A stretch of DNA of 56,801 nucleotides from Perkinsus olseni (Eukaryota): the NCBI GenBank assembly GCA_013115125.1, contig JABANN010000177.1:1-56801 (forward strand). The letters are read 5' to 3'. The position numbers and the translations under genes were made by a program. Position 1 is the first letter of the stretch. Every line of letters begins with the position of its first letter. Below the pieces are notes generated by a model. That model had not been told where the DNA came from. It did no database searches and saw only the letters and a list, made by a program, of their open reading frames with translations. Below are positions 12,660-24,825 of the stretch, piece by piece.

Positions 12660-13604
12660 TCGAATTGAGCCTACGCAAGGCGTACTTGAGCAGCTCCTTA
12701 ATTCTTGGGGTTGTGTTATAGATAAGTGTAATTGCTTAGAAAATTGCTTCTCTTTAACTTGAGGTATTAGACACAATTCATCAAACATCGAACAACATTG
12801 ACCAGAGCTCTCCCGGTGATCTAGTAAAGCAAGTTACTGGAGTTATCTCCCCAAGACCGCCGCACAAATCCGTCCCTAAATGTTCGGGTTCGAGTGTTAG
12901 TGGCAGTTCAGTGGCGGCCATGTAATTGTGGCGTCTTAGCCACTTAGCATCCTCTCTGTCGTCTGTCCAGCCGGGAACCAACAGGTCTATTTGGGTTATG
13001 GTACATTCCGTACCATGTCTCCCATAGGGCGGCCATCTTTGAAGGGGTCGTCTGTCCACCCGGTTGCAAAGGACACTGATGAGCTCCCTTGGCAGGGGCG
13101 AAACGACACCTAAGCAGACCAGGGCGTGCCATGAATCGACCGTGACCGTAATGGTGAAATGCAGAAACCTAAGGAGAAAGTATATTTTCTAAGGAAGAAA
13201 TCTCGCTCGCCCGAAAATACACCGGCGCGTCGCGCGGCACGCGTGCGTACAATGACAGCGACCCAAGGTTACTTCGGCTGGTAGGCGTTAAAAAAGAAAA
13301 CCAAGACCTAGTGGAGTACAGACCGTAACCCCCGTGAACCCGAAACCCGACTGAGTCGGGCCGAGTCAGGTCGCCCTTTGGGCGACCTTCGCCAAAAGAA
13401 ACCCGAAGGCTGGGGTGTGTGAGAGGTGGGGTAATTCCCAAAATCCAAGGGAGAGGTACAAAATCCAAGGAAGCGTGTTCGGGGATCTGGGTAAACCAGA
13501 CTGGTTTACCTGGCCAACAGCAATATACTTGGTCCTTAGGAAAAAAATTTCGATCCGTAATTGTTCATTTTGCGTTAGTTCTATAGCTTCGGACAGCCCA
13601 CCTC

Positions 13605-15113
13605 ATGCGTTCAGCATTTCTCTCCAGGTTTACCTTCACCGTCATCGCCTACTGTGAAGGCGCCCCTCGCCATACACTGTTTCGAATCTCTCATCGCGGG
13701 GAGCCGCTTGACGTACGTCGTCTACCAGCTATGATGGCACAGGCGACCGCCGTTCCCGGCGCGAGGGTTCCCCCGCTCAGCAAAGGTGACCGCGAGTCTG
13801 AGAGATGCTTCGCTCAGGGCGGTATGATAATTGATCTACCAGCGGTAGGGGTTCAAATTGTGGATTCTAGATGTTCGGCGAAATACATTGAGATATGCAA
13901 CTACCTGAGTAAGGCCGAGGAGGTGCTGGGCATTGACTTTGACTGTGAGCTCGACTACGGTATGACCTTCGTTCCGGCCATCCGACGGGTTCCGGCTCGC
14001 TCGCCTTCCACTTTTGCGCCTACGACGCCTCCAACTTTCCCGCCTACGACGCCTCCAACTTTTCCGCCTACGACTCGCCCGTTTCCGACGCCGGGGCGGA
14101 AGCAGAGTACGACAAGCGCGCCCTGTACTGATGGCAGCTATATACTTGGCACCAATGACCCCATATCATCTTGCCAGAGCAACCTCGAGCAAATACGGAT
14201 TGGAGAGGCGTGGCGGCTGGTTAAGTCGGTTACCGGAAAACGGAAAAGAGCCGTATTGGCTCTCGTAGACACCGGGGTGGACATGACTCATCCAGACCTG
14301 GTTAACCAATTCTGGAGGAATCCAGCTGACGGCTCTATCGGCTTCAACTTCGTAGATAACAATACTGATGTCACTGATAAATATGGACACGGTACCGTCA
14401 TCGCCGGGGTGTCGGGTGCCGAGAGAAATAATAATATTGGTATCGCTGGAGTGGCAGACGTGAAGCTGATGATATTAAAGGTGGCAGATCACGACGGCGT
14501 CGATATTCCTCCTCTCAGTGACGCTTTGAGGGCCTTAAACTTTGCTGTTACAATGGGGGCATCAGTTTCATCCCATTCGTACTCCTTAGGCCACGGAAGT
14601 CGGGTATTCGAGGCCGCAATAGCGAAAGCCGCTGAGGCTGGGCATGTTGTGGTCGCTTCTGCTGGTAATGAAGCGGCAGATCTAGATAAGACACCATCCT
14701 ATCCGTGTTCCTGCGCAAGAAACATCTCATCTATGCTCTGTGTTGCTGCCAGTACCTATGACACGTGTTCAGGGAGCGCCATAGCATCCTGGTCGAACAT
14801 TGGCTCTTCTGTTAACATCGCCGCTCCCGGTGTCGATATTTATTCGACTTCTCGGGGTGGATACATCGTCGCCAGCGGCACATCAGTCTCCGCCCCTCAA
14901 GTTGGGGCCGTAGCGGCTATGTTGGGTTCACTAGGTCTAGAGGGTCAGGAGATCACCGATGCTATTATCAAGTCTCGGACCGCTGGTTTGAGCACTAAGT
15001 TCAATGTGCCCGACGTGGGAGAACTCGATGCGCTGAATGCGGTCAAGATCGCCCTCGGGTTGCAGATGAGTCCTCGAAGGCTAACTGCACTCTTCTCGAA
15101 CAATCTCAAGTGA
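13605..15113 (+). CDS. Subtilisin-like serine protease (S8), intronless, probably secreted
   Basis: 502-aa ORF with a hydrophobic N-terminus, catalytic Asp (LVDTGVD), His (GHGTVIAG), oxyanion Asn (SAGN) and Ser (GTSVSAPQV). Confidence 0.95.
   Translation: MRSAFLSRFTFTVIAYCEGAPRHTLFRISHRGEPLDVRRLPAMMAQATAVPGARVPPLSKGDRESERCFAQGGMIIDLPAVGVQIVDSRCSAKYIEICNYLSKAEEVLGIDFDCELDYGMTFVPAIRRVPARSPSTFAPTTPPTFPPTTPPTFPPTTRPFPTPGRKQSTTSAPCTDGSYILGTNDPISSCQSNLEQIRIGEAWRLVKSVTGKRKRAVLALVDTGVDMTHPDLVNQFWRNPADGSIGFNFVDNNTDVTDKYGHGTVIAGVSGAERNNNIGIAGVADVKLMILKVADHDGVDIPPLSDALRALNFAVTMGASVSSHSYSLGHGSRVFEAAIAKAAEAGHVVVASAGNEAADLDKTPSYPCSCARNISSMLCVAASTYDTCSGSAIASWSNIGSSVNIAAPGVDIYSTSRGGYIVASGTSVSAPQVGAVAAMLGSLGLEGQEITDAIIKSRTAGLSTKFNVPDVGELDALNAVKIALGLQMSPRRLTALFSNNLK
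14010..14075 (+). repeat. 24-bp coding tandem repeat (~2.75 copies) encoding TF(A/P)PTTPP
   Basis: acttttgcgcctacgacgcctcca / actttcccgcctacgacgcctcca / acttttccgcctacgact; a Pro/Thr linker between prodomain and catalytic domain. Confidence 0.9.
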
Positions 15114-17339
15114 TGTATCGGTGAGGCAAGGAAAATGCGGCGACAATTGGTGTCAGCCTGCGGAGGTGCGAACTCTCACACTTGTGCTCGACCTTTGGTG
15201 GGCAGTGCCGTATGCAGTCGCGCGGTCAAGACACCACGGTTGACTAATGATCGGATAGTATCGTTTTTTAGATTTATTGCTCCTCATATATCGGATCTAT
15301 TCTTACTCGGTAGTGTGAGTTGTTTCGAGCCAGAACTACCTTCTTCATTCGACACTTGTCTTTGCGCTCTCAGTGTTTCGGGAAAAACATTAGTACGACA
15401 TCAATTGTGTTGCACGTTCGACTAAGGAGCAGGAAGTTACATGTGGTATATCAGGGAGGTTGGATCAGTTCTCCGGCACGACAGTAGGGCAAACAATTAG
15501 TATGTCAAGGACAATCACTGTACCACGGGTCGTCGCATGGCGTACGATATCTTCGTCGCCCAGTCTAAACTCGTCTTTATACTATGAATAACTATCCGAG
15601 TTCATTCAGAGCACCAGGCTTGACCAACCGCCCATTTCGGTGGAAGCCGACACCCGGACCGTCTTAGTCAGCACTTGTTTGGGCTGATGTGAGTTAATTT
15701 CCAAGGGTACCGTCACAGTGTCCTGAAGCACTTTCTGACAAAAGTCCTCACTCCGGACCCACTCCCCTGACAACGGCTACCTGTCGTTTCGAGACTGGTT
15801 TCCTTCCAAATTAACTGGTGTGTGCGAGTAAGTTGGTGTTCCAGTGATTGGCCTTGGTCTTAGGAGCCATAGTTAACACAACAGTAGATAGTTCATCAGC
15901 AATTCAATATAGGAAAAAACACAGCAAGGTTCAACAGCTAGCTAAACATCAAGTTTAAGAGCAGGGGTTGCGTGCAGGTGTCTCCGGTAAACGCGTACAC
16001 CATCACAACGGAGCTGGCGACGTGGACAGATCTCTCACAACCGCTGTAGACATGACACCACTACAAGGGCCGTAGATATGACATCATGCGGCATCCATCT
16101 ACCCCTCGCGATGGCACATGGAATACGTGGACTGTCCATGCACTCACGGCGCAGATGGACTGGTATTCCTCTTTGTGATCATCACTGCTCGATCATGAGT
16201 CATGATTCATGACCTTTCGTGAGTCATGTCCTGTCGTTTATCCAAAAACTTCTCTTGAGTAGGGATTGGTGAGAACTACCAACCCAGCCGATAATAATGG
16301 CAGAGAAATCACACCCGACCTGCTCTGTCACGCAAATCCAAGTTTGCATATCACTTTCTTGATCGCCTGCCACTGGCGAGGCTCCAATGCACAGACGTCA
16401 AACCATATCACGGAATCGCTTAGCCAGACTGCCCATTTTTACTAGGCAACTGAGAGCTCTTTATTTCTTAGAGTCATTCCAGAGAGGCCTAATATCAGTT
16501 TGTGTGAATTTTTCTACTGCGTTAGTTCGGAGTCCCGGCGCAGTTGAACTAACCACAGACTCCAACCGATGAGCTCGACTTAGGTGTTTCGATGTGCTCG
16601 CTGCTGCAGCGAGAATTTGAATATCAAACCGGTGTATGACACAATATTTATCCTTGTTCCTATGCTCGAAGTTCAAGCCTCGAACTATCTCATCCATGCA
16701 ACCGGTGCCATATCGTTCCTGTCAAACCTCGGCTCTGCCGTGAGATGTGCATTGCGTAACCATGACTGAACAACGAGCAGCGCCATGAGGGTGCCCAATC
16801 TTTTCGAAACAGACTGCGCCGCAGTCACTGCGGAAGCATGGCTGCCGCTTCTGTACACCCCAATTAATCAGAGTATGCGAAACCACATCAGAGTGTTGTT
16901 GATCACATGTGTCAGTGTTAATCAGAGTACAACGGAAACGGTGAAAAGTAGGGCATCGGCTGCGTAAAGTCATTTTAAGTCCTTTCGGAAGTGGTGTCAC
17001 GTCACGCGATGTTCACGCCACGTCATACACTGGCGTCACCCTGGAGCGCTCTCTCTGCAGCTCTTGAATCTTTTCCTCTGCTCACGTGCGCCTGAGCGCA
17101 TGCTCGGTTGGACATTGCCATTGGCTTGCCCCGTGAATCAATTTGCCAATTGGGTACCTCTCGGATGACGGATGGCATCAGAGCTTAGCTCATCGAACAC
17201 TCAGCTCAGTTGGTGGAAAATTGGGCTAGGATTTCGAGATGGGAGGCTTCAAACAGCGATCTGTCATAGCCCCCTGCTTCCTCGTTGTCCTTCTTCAGTT
17301 CTCTCGTTCTGTTCTTCCAGTGGAATCCCCAACAGGGGC

Positions 17340-18724
17340 ATGCGTTCCTTTTCATCGTCGATTGTCATTCTCTTCATGATGGACCTCGGAGAAGGCACTG
17401 CTACTAATACACTGGTTAGGATCTCCCTTCACGGAGCCCGGCTGGATATCCGCCGGTTACCTGCCATGATGGCGAGTGTCGGCGAGGCCTCCGGTTCAAA
17501 GCTACCTTTCGTGACACAAGACGACCGCGAGGCTGAGCAGTGCTTTTTACGAGATGGTATGGTCTTCGACTTGCCAGTGGTAAAAGTAAAAATTATTGAG
17601 TCTAAATGTTCGGCGAGTTACACCCAAATTCTGAACTACTTGAGGAAGGCTGAGAAGATGCTGGACATTCGCTTCGATTGTGAGCCCGACTCAAAGATTA
17701 CACTTACAACCGCCAACCACCGGGTAGGGACGCCGCCACCTTGTATCGGTGGCAACACCCGTCTCGGTACCAATGACCCCATATCTTCCTGCCAGAGGAA
17801 TCTGGAGCGCATCCGGATCAGAGAGGCTTGGGAGCTGGTTAGGTCGGCCAAGCGGAATTCCAAGAAAGCCATATTGGCTATTTTTGACGGCGGCGTGGAC
17901 GCGACCCATCCCGATCTGGTTAACCAGTTCTGGCGGGATCCAATTGACGGTTCTATCGGCTACAATTCTCTTTACGACAATAGGGATGTTACTGATCATG
18001 ATGGGCACGGCACTCTCGTGGCCGGAGTAGCGGGCGCCGAGACTAATAATGGTATTGGTATTGCTGGCGTGGCAGATGTACAGCTGATGATATTGAAGTG
18101 GGAGCATGACGGTGGGGGCACCAGTACTTCCCTACTGAAGGCTCTTGACTTCGCAGTTAAGATGGGGGCGGTAGCATCTGTTCATTCTTATGCCCTCCCC
18201 CATCATGAGATTTTCAGGAAGGCGTTTGCGGACGCTGCCGCTACCGGGCATGTTATAGTTGCCTCCGCCGGCAATGACGGAAAGCATCTGGATAAGACTC
18301 CACAGTATCCTTGTTCCTATGCACATCGCATCCCCTCTATGCTCTGTGTGGCTGGCAGCACTTCGACCAAAGGTCCAGGAACCATAGCCTCCTGGTCGAA
18401 CGTTGGCACCGCTGTACAGATTGCCGCTCCCGGTGTCAATATACTGTACACTCTACGGCCCGCAATGGTTTGTACTTCACTGGCTGGGGTACATCATTAT
18501 CCGCGCCTCAGGTTGGGGCCGTAGCGGCTATGTTGGGTTCACTAGGTCTAGAGGGTCAGGAGATCACCGATGCTATTATAAAGTCTCGGACCGCTGGTTT
18601 GAGCACTAAGTTCAATGTGCCTGACGTGGGGGAACTCGATGCGCTGAATGCGGTCAAGATCGCCCTCGGGTTGCCGACCGGCACATCAGCGACCTCAACA
18701 CCCTCGTCCGAGAATGCCAGATGA
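17340..18724 (+). pseudogene. Second subtilisin-like protease paralog with a frameshift near 18444-18451
   Basis: ATG at 17340 (MRSFSSSIVILF). Asp (IFDGGVD), His (GHGTLVAG) and SAGN are in ORF 17172-18524, but catalytic Ser (GTSLSAPQV) and the C-terminus are in ORF 18311-18724 in a different frame. Confidence 0.85.
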
Positions 18725-19555
18725 TGTGATCTCCAAACGCGGGTCTTCATCTTGAAAATTCGGTCATTTTACTCGGTGTGAATCTACAGAATAGTAGATG
18801 AAAAGGTTCCCGCAGATCGGGATACCGTGCGGATCGTTGTATTTTCCATCTGGCTCCTAGTGATTCACATCTTCGCTCAGTACCGAGAGATCTCTGTTTA
18901 ACTGTTGCTTCTTTACCCATTCGATTCCCGAGCGGGCATCACCGCTCGGTTTTTACAGTCTCATTCTAAAGCCCTACGTGTTGCCTCTGTAATGGGTGGA
19001 GCAGGATGGCACGGAGCTGAGGACAGGTCGTAGGCAACTACTGCCTGAGTTGACAACTTACTCGATCTACGCGAGTTCGGAGGCTAGTTGCAAGGCGGAT
19101 CCGTATATCGGAAGCCCACCTGAGAGTAAATGCGAATATCATGAGAATCAACTCCTTAGCTTATTGATTTTTTTTTCTGTACAGCGGTGCCGACGTTCTA
19201 CCAGGCTCTAATAACCCTCTTCCCTCGCAAACGCTCGGAAAATTATTCGCCGAATGAACAGTCGACCATCGAGATGCATAATCGGTTCACCGAGAATGCC
19301 CCGTACATAACTCAACACTCCGCTGACTGTTAACCCTAGTAGTAATTCTGAGCGTGCATGATGGAATAATTCTAATGGAAATACGAAGAGAACTAACGGG
19401 GCTCCTGATAGCTGTGGTATAACAGGCAACAAACCAAGAAGTGAATCTCAATCACACAAAGCAGCCCTCCGTGCACTCCGCCGTCATCACCTACGAAAAA
19501 CAGATAAACCCACTGCAGGGCGAAGCGAAGACCTACTGCAATGAGCGCACGACCA

Positions 19556-22500
19556 CTAGCCGCTGCATGCAATGCACGCTTCCTCGTCCTCCTGCACCTA
19601 AACAGGATTATCTGACGAGGGTTGATGACCCGCCCAACCACAGCTTGTGATTGACGATTAACCCGATACATCGAGGTAATCGAGAATACGTGTGAACAAG
19701 CGAGAAGCTTATGAGAAAAAGATTGGCGGACACTTGGCTCCCAGACTCTGTGCTACATATTGCGGTTTAAGAGGTGATGTCCGCGGCTTCAGAGGAGACT
19801 CCGCCGTAATCTTCTTTGCATCCAAGGTGAACTGAATGGCATCAGCAGCCGCCTTTGTACGTAGATAGTATCTAATCATTTTGGGAAATAAGGCCAGCGA
19901 ATGACACTTCGGCGCTGATGTACTCACTGTCCAGTTTTTAAGCCCAACTTCCACCCATAAAAATGCATGGAGGAGAGCTTGGCATTGGTACAATTGGTCA
20001 TATGAATATTCAGTGACTGGGATTGGTCAATATATCTGTGAATAACGAGGACTGTTCCCCACTGACCAACGGCGAGAATACGAAATATGATTAACGATTT
20101 GGTACGCAAACTTACGGTCCACGTCCAGCAGCCATGTCCAAGATCTTCTTCTGCTTGATCTCCCACACCGTCTTATACAGTGCCTGTACACACGGAAAGC
20201 TGCAAGGCAACACGACACCCAACAGCACAGCAACCACCGGTACCCACCGACCTGGACTTCCTTGGGAATCTCCTCCACACCTTGCACGGACCCCTTCTGT
20301 CGGATGATCTTATCCTTAATCTCATCATTCCAGAGCCCCAGCTCCATGAGGTCATCAACCAGATGTCGATTCACTTGAACAAACTCACCGGCAAGCACCT
20401 GCGTGCCGAGCAGATGCAACCAGCCAGATGCTCCCCGAGAAGGGAAAAACCACACTTACACGACGAACGTAAATATTCTGCGTGTAAGGCTCGAAGGCTT
20501 CGTTGTTACCAAGGATTTGAGCAGTGCCTGGATCGCCGCAAACTCACGTTTATGCATACGCTAGCCACCAAGACTTACTAGCAGTGGGCATGGGAGCGAC
20601 TAGCAAGGAGTTGCGCATGCCGTACTCCTCGATCTGGCCCTTCAAGGTATCCCAGTCCCACCTGCCTGAGTCTGGTTTCACATCTGCGACAAGAAAGAGT
20701 CACAACCACAAGTCTTCACAAGGCCGTACGGCTGTCCCTACCCCACAGGTCGAACTGCAGCAGCCCCTCGCTTGCTGGACTGCCTTGGAAAGTTTCATAA
20801 GGTCTGCCGTAAGAGCGTCAGGGACCACAGCGAAGCAATGGAGCCAGCCAAAGTACCCATCCTTCTTGGCCAACTCCATGCTTGCCTCGCAAGCCGCGTG
20901 GTAGATAGTCTCGAAAATATCATTGTTGAGCTTCAACGCCTCGGACGACTCGTATGGGAAACGCATAAGAAGGAATGCATCGGCAAGTCCCTGAAGTGAG
21001 CATATTCAACGACGGACGGAGAAAACGGAGATGTAGGGTAGCTGGCTCTTCTTGCCTGAACACCGATCCCGATGGGCCTGTGACGCATGTTGCTTCTCCT
21101 GGCCTCAGGCACAGGATAATAATTGCGATCAATCACCTGATAGCTCAAGATACCACCTTCCTGCGGACAGAGGATGTGACTCACCCTATTGAGATTTCTG
21201 GTTACAACCTTAGTGACTCGATGGAGACGATCGAAGTCGTAGGTACCTAGTGAGGAGATGCCGAGGGAAACAGCAGAGGCCTGTCTATTACGAGTCTCTT
21301 TGTCGACGAACATGTTGAGGGCGATGGAGGCGAGGTTGCACACGGCTACTTCATCCGGACTAGTGTACCTAATAGAGCAATTTGCCAGGAATACCAATTT
21401 CGTGAGCACCTACTCAACGATCTCGCAGCATAAATTGGAGCAACGAATAGTGCCAAGGTTCTTCTGGTTGCTCTTACGATTGGCCGAGTCTTTGTACCTG
21501 TGAATTGACGTGAAGAGCCAAGTAGACGCTGTTACTCTTCAAAGAAGGTCCAACCTACAGCATATAGGGGATTCCGGTCTCTTGCTGGGATTCAAGAATC
21601 TTGAACCATAACGACTGCGCCTTGACCGTCTTCCGGCCAATGCCATCCTTCTCGTATTTCTCGTAGAGTGCCTCAAACTCGTCACCGTACCTGAACAAAG
21701 AAATGCTGTACCACACGACAGAGGGCGATGAGTATGAACCTCCTTCAGGTACGAATTAAGGATATACGCCGGAGGAGCCAGACGAGCATCTTGCCCTCAA
21801 CCTACGTGTCCTGAAGGCCGGGAGCCTCGTTGGGGCAGAACAATGTCCAGTCCCCGTTGGACATGACGCGCTTCATGAAGAGATCGGGAATCTGCAAGTG
21901 CCTCGTCATTCTTAATAATCAACAAGAGCATATGCATACCCATAGGGCGTAAAAGAGATCGCGAGCACGCTGCTCTTCCTTCCCGTGGTTCTTTTTCAAG
22001 TCAAGGAACTCGAACACATCCGCATGCCACGGCTCGAGGTAAACCGCGAACGATCCCTTCCTCTTGCCGCCTCCTGACAACGCCCTAGTAATGCCAAGCA
22101 TCCTGCCGTATCCGCTCACCTTGGTCCACGTATCTTGCAGTATCGTTGAAGACTCTGAGCATCGGTACAATGCCATTAGAAAATCCATTAGTTCCTCTGA
22201 TGTAGCTTTCTGTCGCCCGGATACCGGTGATAGCAACTCCGATGCCACCAGCAGTCTTCGAGATCATCGCGCCTGAAGAGATGCCCTTCTCCGTGAGCGC
22301 CACATGGTGTTTTCATCTTACACTGCTTCAGAGTGTCGTAGATGCCTTCAATGGAGTCTTCCTTCATAGACAACAAGAAGCAGCTGGACATCTGCGGATG
22401 AGGCGTACCAGAGTTGAACAGCGTGGGAGTAGCGTGGGTGAACACTCTAGTGGACATCAGATCATACCTGAGCATCACCCACCGAGACAACATAAATCCT

Positions 22501-23314
22501 CAGCGCAAGACAGCGGTCTCCTCACGTCTCTATGGCTGCGTCCACATCTTCGCCATGAATCCCTACTGCCACCCTCATGATCATGTGCTGCGGTCGTTCG
22601 ATGCAGGACTTGTCGGAAGGCCTCTTCAGCAGGTATGATCGTTCCAACGTCTTGAAGCCAAAGTAGTCATAGTCGAAGTCCCGCTCATAGTCAATTGCCT
22701 GCCAGGATTACACCAGCTAGCACATACACTTCCTCTCCGAATGCCCCCACCTTGTCGAGTTTTTCGGCATTGGCAGTGACTATGTTGTAGACTTCTTCGC
22801 TGACCAGAGGGGCGTGGCAACCACGACTGTCGGTGATTTGGTACAACTCCGAAACCTGAGCTCATCCACTCTGGCACACGGGCCGTGAGGGGTGCTGTGG
22901 TCCTTACCGTCTTCGAGAAACTCTCCTCAGTGTTTTTATGGAGGTTGCTCACGGCGATCCTGGCAGCCAGCGTGGAGAAATCTGGATGAACTTGCGACAT
23001 GTACGCGCATGTCTCAGCTGCCAACGAGTCCAGCTCCTAAAGCACATCATGTTCGACAACCAGGCAAAACTCGAAAAGGTCCCAGCTCACCGTGGTGGTG
23101 ACTCCAGGAAAAATGCCTTCAGCGACCTTCTGTGTGATTTGCGTCACATCCACATAATCTTGGTTGAGGCCTTTAGTCAACGGACGAATCCTCTGCACAC
23201 CACAAGATAATACAACGGTCGACTCATTCCAGCCAACCAGCGACCTACCTTAGTTATCTTGTCGAATTGAACATCTGCCTTCTGGCCATTACGTTTAATT
23301 ACGTACATAACCAT
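19556..23314 (-). CDS. RRM1: Ribonucleoside-diphosphate reductase large subunit (class Ia), multi-exon
   Basis: ATP-cone [97 protein letters not shown] and a terminal exon [13 protein letters not shown] (19556). Confidence 0.97.
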
Positions 23315-23442
23315 CTTAGGCGAGGGGAAGGGTGTTGGACACGAGGGGGCACCGAACCAGCTGCACGAGAAGATGACCATTATGGAGCCCTCAACACAAC
23401 ACACTAGGTCTCGCTGCATTCAATACTGCCGGATGGCGAGGG

Positions 23443-24825
23443 CTACGCGTTCCGGGAACGCTTCTTAGACTGTGAATTAGGTCCCCCGGCCTTCTTGCAG
23501 TACCTATTACAGCATACCAATAAAACACTAACAACAGAACAAGTAGGGCACGGTAGTCCCCAAGAGGACACCCTACTTCTTCTCCAAATCGTCTAGAAAA
23601 TCACCCTGACGCTTCTGCTGCTTCTGGCGTATGGCAAGAGCCAGGTTCCCCAACGAAGGGTCCTCCTCCGGGCTGCTGGAAGGGGTGAGCTTTGATATCA
23701 GGCACGACTGCGTGACCAAATCACCTTCTCGCCTTCGTGGCCTCTTGCCTGGACTGGGCTGCAAGCCGCTTCCCATTACGTCGAAGCTTCGGGAGTGATG
23801 CCTCAAATGCCGGCAGGAAGTCCTACAGTAAATGACCATGTTTTACGCAAAACATGATGATACACGAAACGTGAGGACAGCCCTGCGGCTGTCCAAGACC
23901 GTAAAGGTTTCCGGACAACTCGGAACACGTGCAGATCATCCGCAGTGATAGCCGCCCGACTCACTTTCTTCTCAGAACTTAACCACGTCCGAATGTAATC
24001 AGCAAATCTGCTCACATCCTCGGTTGTTGACAGGATGATCCACTCGAGGAGGTCGGATACGTCGCCTCTACAAGTGTCAATAAGGCACGAGGCGACGAGA
24101 TACCGAACAATTACTTATGCTCTTCAACAAAGCCGCGAAGGTCTTCCATTTCCTCTTCCGAATGCCGGTACCGCGCGGCGAATGCATCAATGTCTTCAGA
24201 CGTCAACACCGGATACAACCTGACGAGCCACTCCATACCACACCACCGCGAACAAATGTATGCCCTGAACCACCCACTTGCGGTAGTACTGATACGCCTC
24301 CCTAAACTCATCGCTTTCATCTTCAAAAATGGTCAAGTCTCCACCGCTGTCATCATACCTACCGCGTACAGAGATTAGATTCTGATTTGCCTTCAAAGAA
24401 AGCCCCACCTTTTCCTCTGTTCAGGATCGCTGAGGATACTGTAAGCTCTCTGAAGTTTCACGAAACTCTCATGAGCTCGAGGGTCGTCCAGGTTCTTATC
24501 AGGATGAACCTAACTGGACAGCACGACAAGTCGTACAATTCGCCGTGAAGCGGTACCAACCTGTCGAGCTCGAAGCAGGTAGCCCTTGCGGACCTCACCG
24601 ATAGTGCAGTCACGTTCGACCCCGAGCAGTCGATACCTGCATACAGAACAACCTACAGTAACTGCCCGGTGCAGCTCTGTGTCGAGCTAGGGAGTGTCGG
24701 GTATATTGCATACACACTGAAGTGATATACGCTAGACGACGCTTGAGCGCACACCTAGATACTCACAGTAGAAAGGCATCCCCCTCTTCTTGCGGGCCTC
24801 CCTCATCTGCCTCACTAGACGTCAT
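23443..24825 (-). CDS. DNAJC9: J-domain chaperone, DNAJC9-like, multi-exon
   Basis: YRLLGVERDCTIGEVRKGY, HPDKN, YSILSDPEQR, then EDIDAFAARYRHSEEEMEDL and a C-terminal LALAIRQKQ..DFLDDLEKKY, typical of DNAJC9. Confidence 0.8.

Noticed and set aside
15150..17100. Spacer between the subtilisins as a transposase relic (ORF 16461-16697)
   Set aside because: No DDE, reverse transcriptase or clear zinc-finger motif and no terminal repeats were recognisable by eye.
18440..18455. Programmed frameshifting like that of Perkinsus mitochondrial genes as the explanation for subtilisin 2
   Set aside because: That mechanism is mitochondrial and tied to specific codons; this is a nuclear gene with no slippery site evident.
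18846..18860. ccatctggctc resembles part of the Perkinsus spliced leader
   Set aside because: Only about 11 nt match; the 5' ACCGTAG and 3' AAG are absent, so it is compatible with chance.
23445..23450. ACGCGT (MCB-like cell-cycle box) upstream of RRM1
   Set aside because: It is a single hexamer overlapping the last codons of the DNAJC9-like gene, and MCB regulation is known from fungi.
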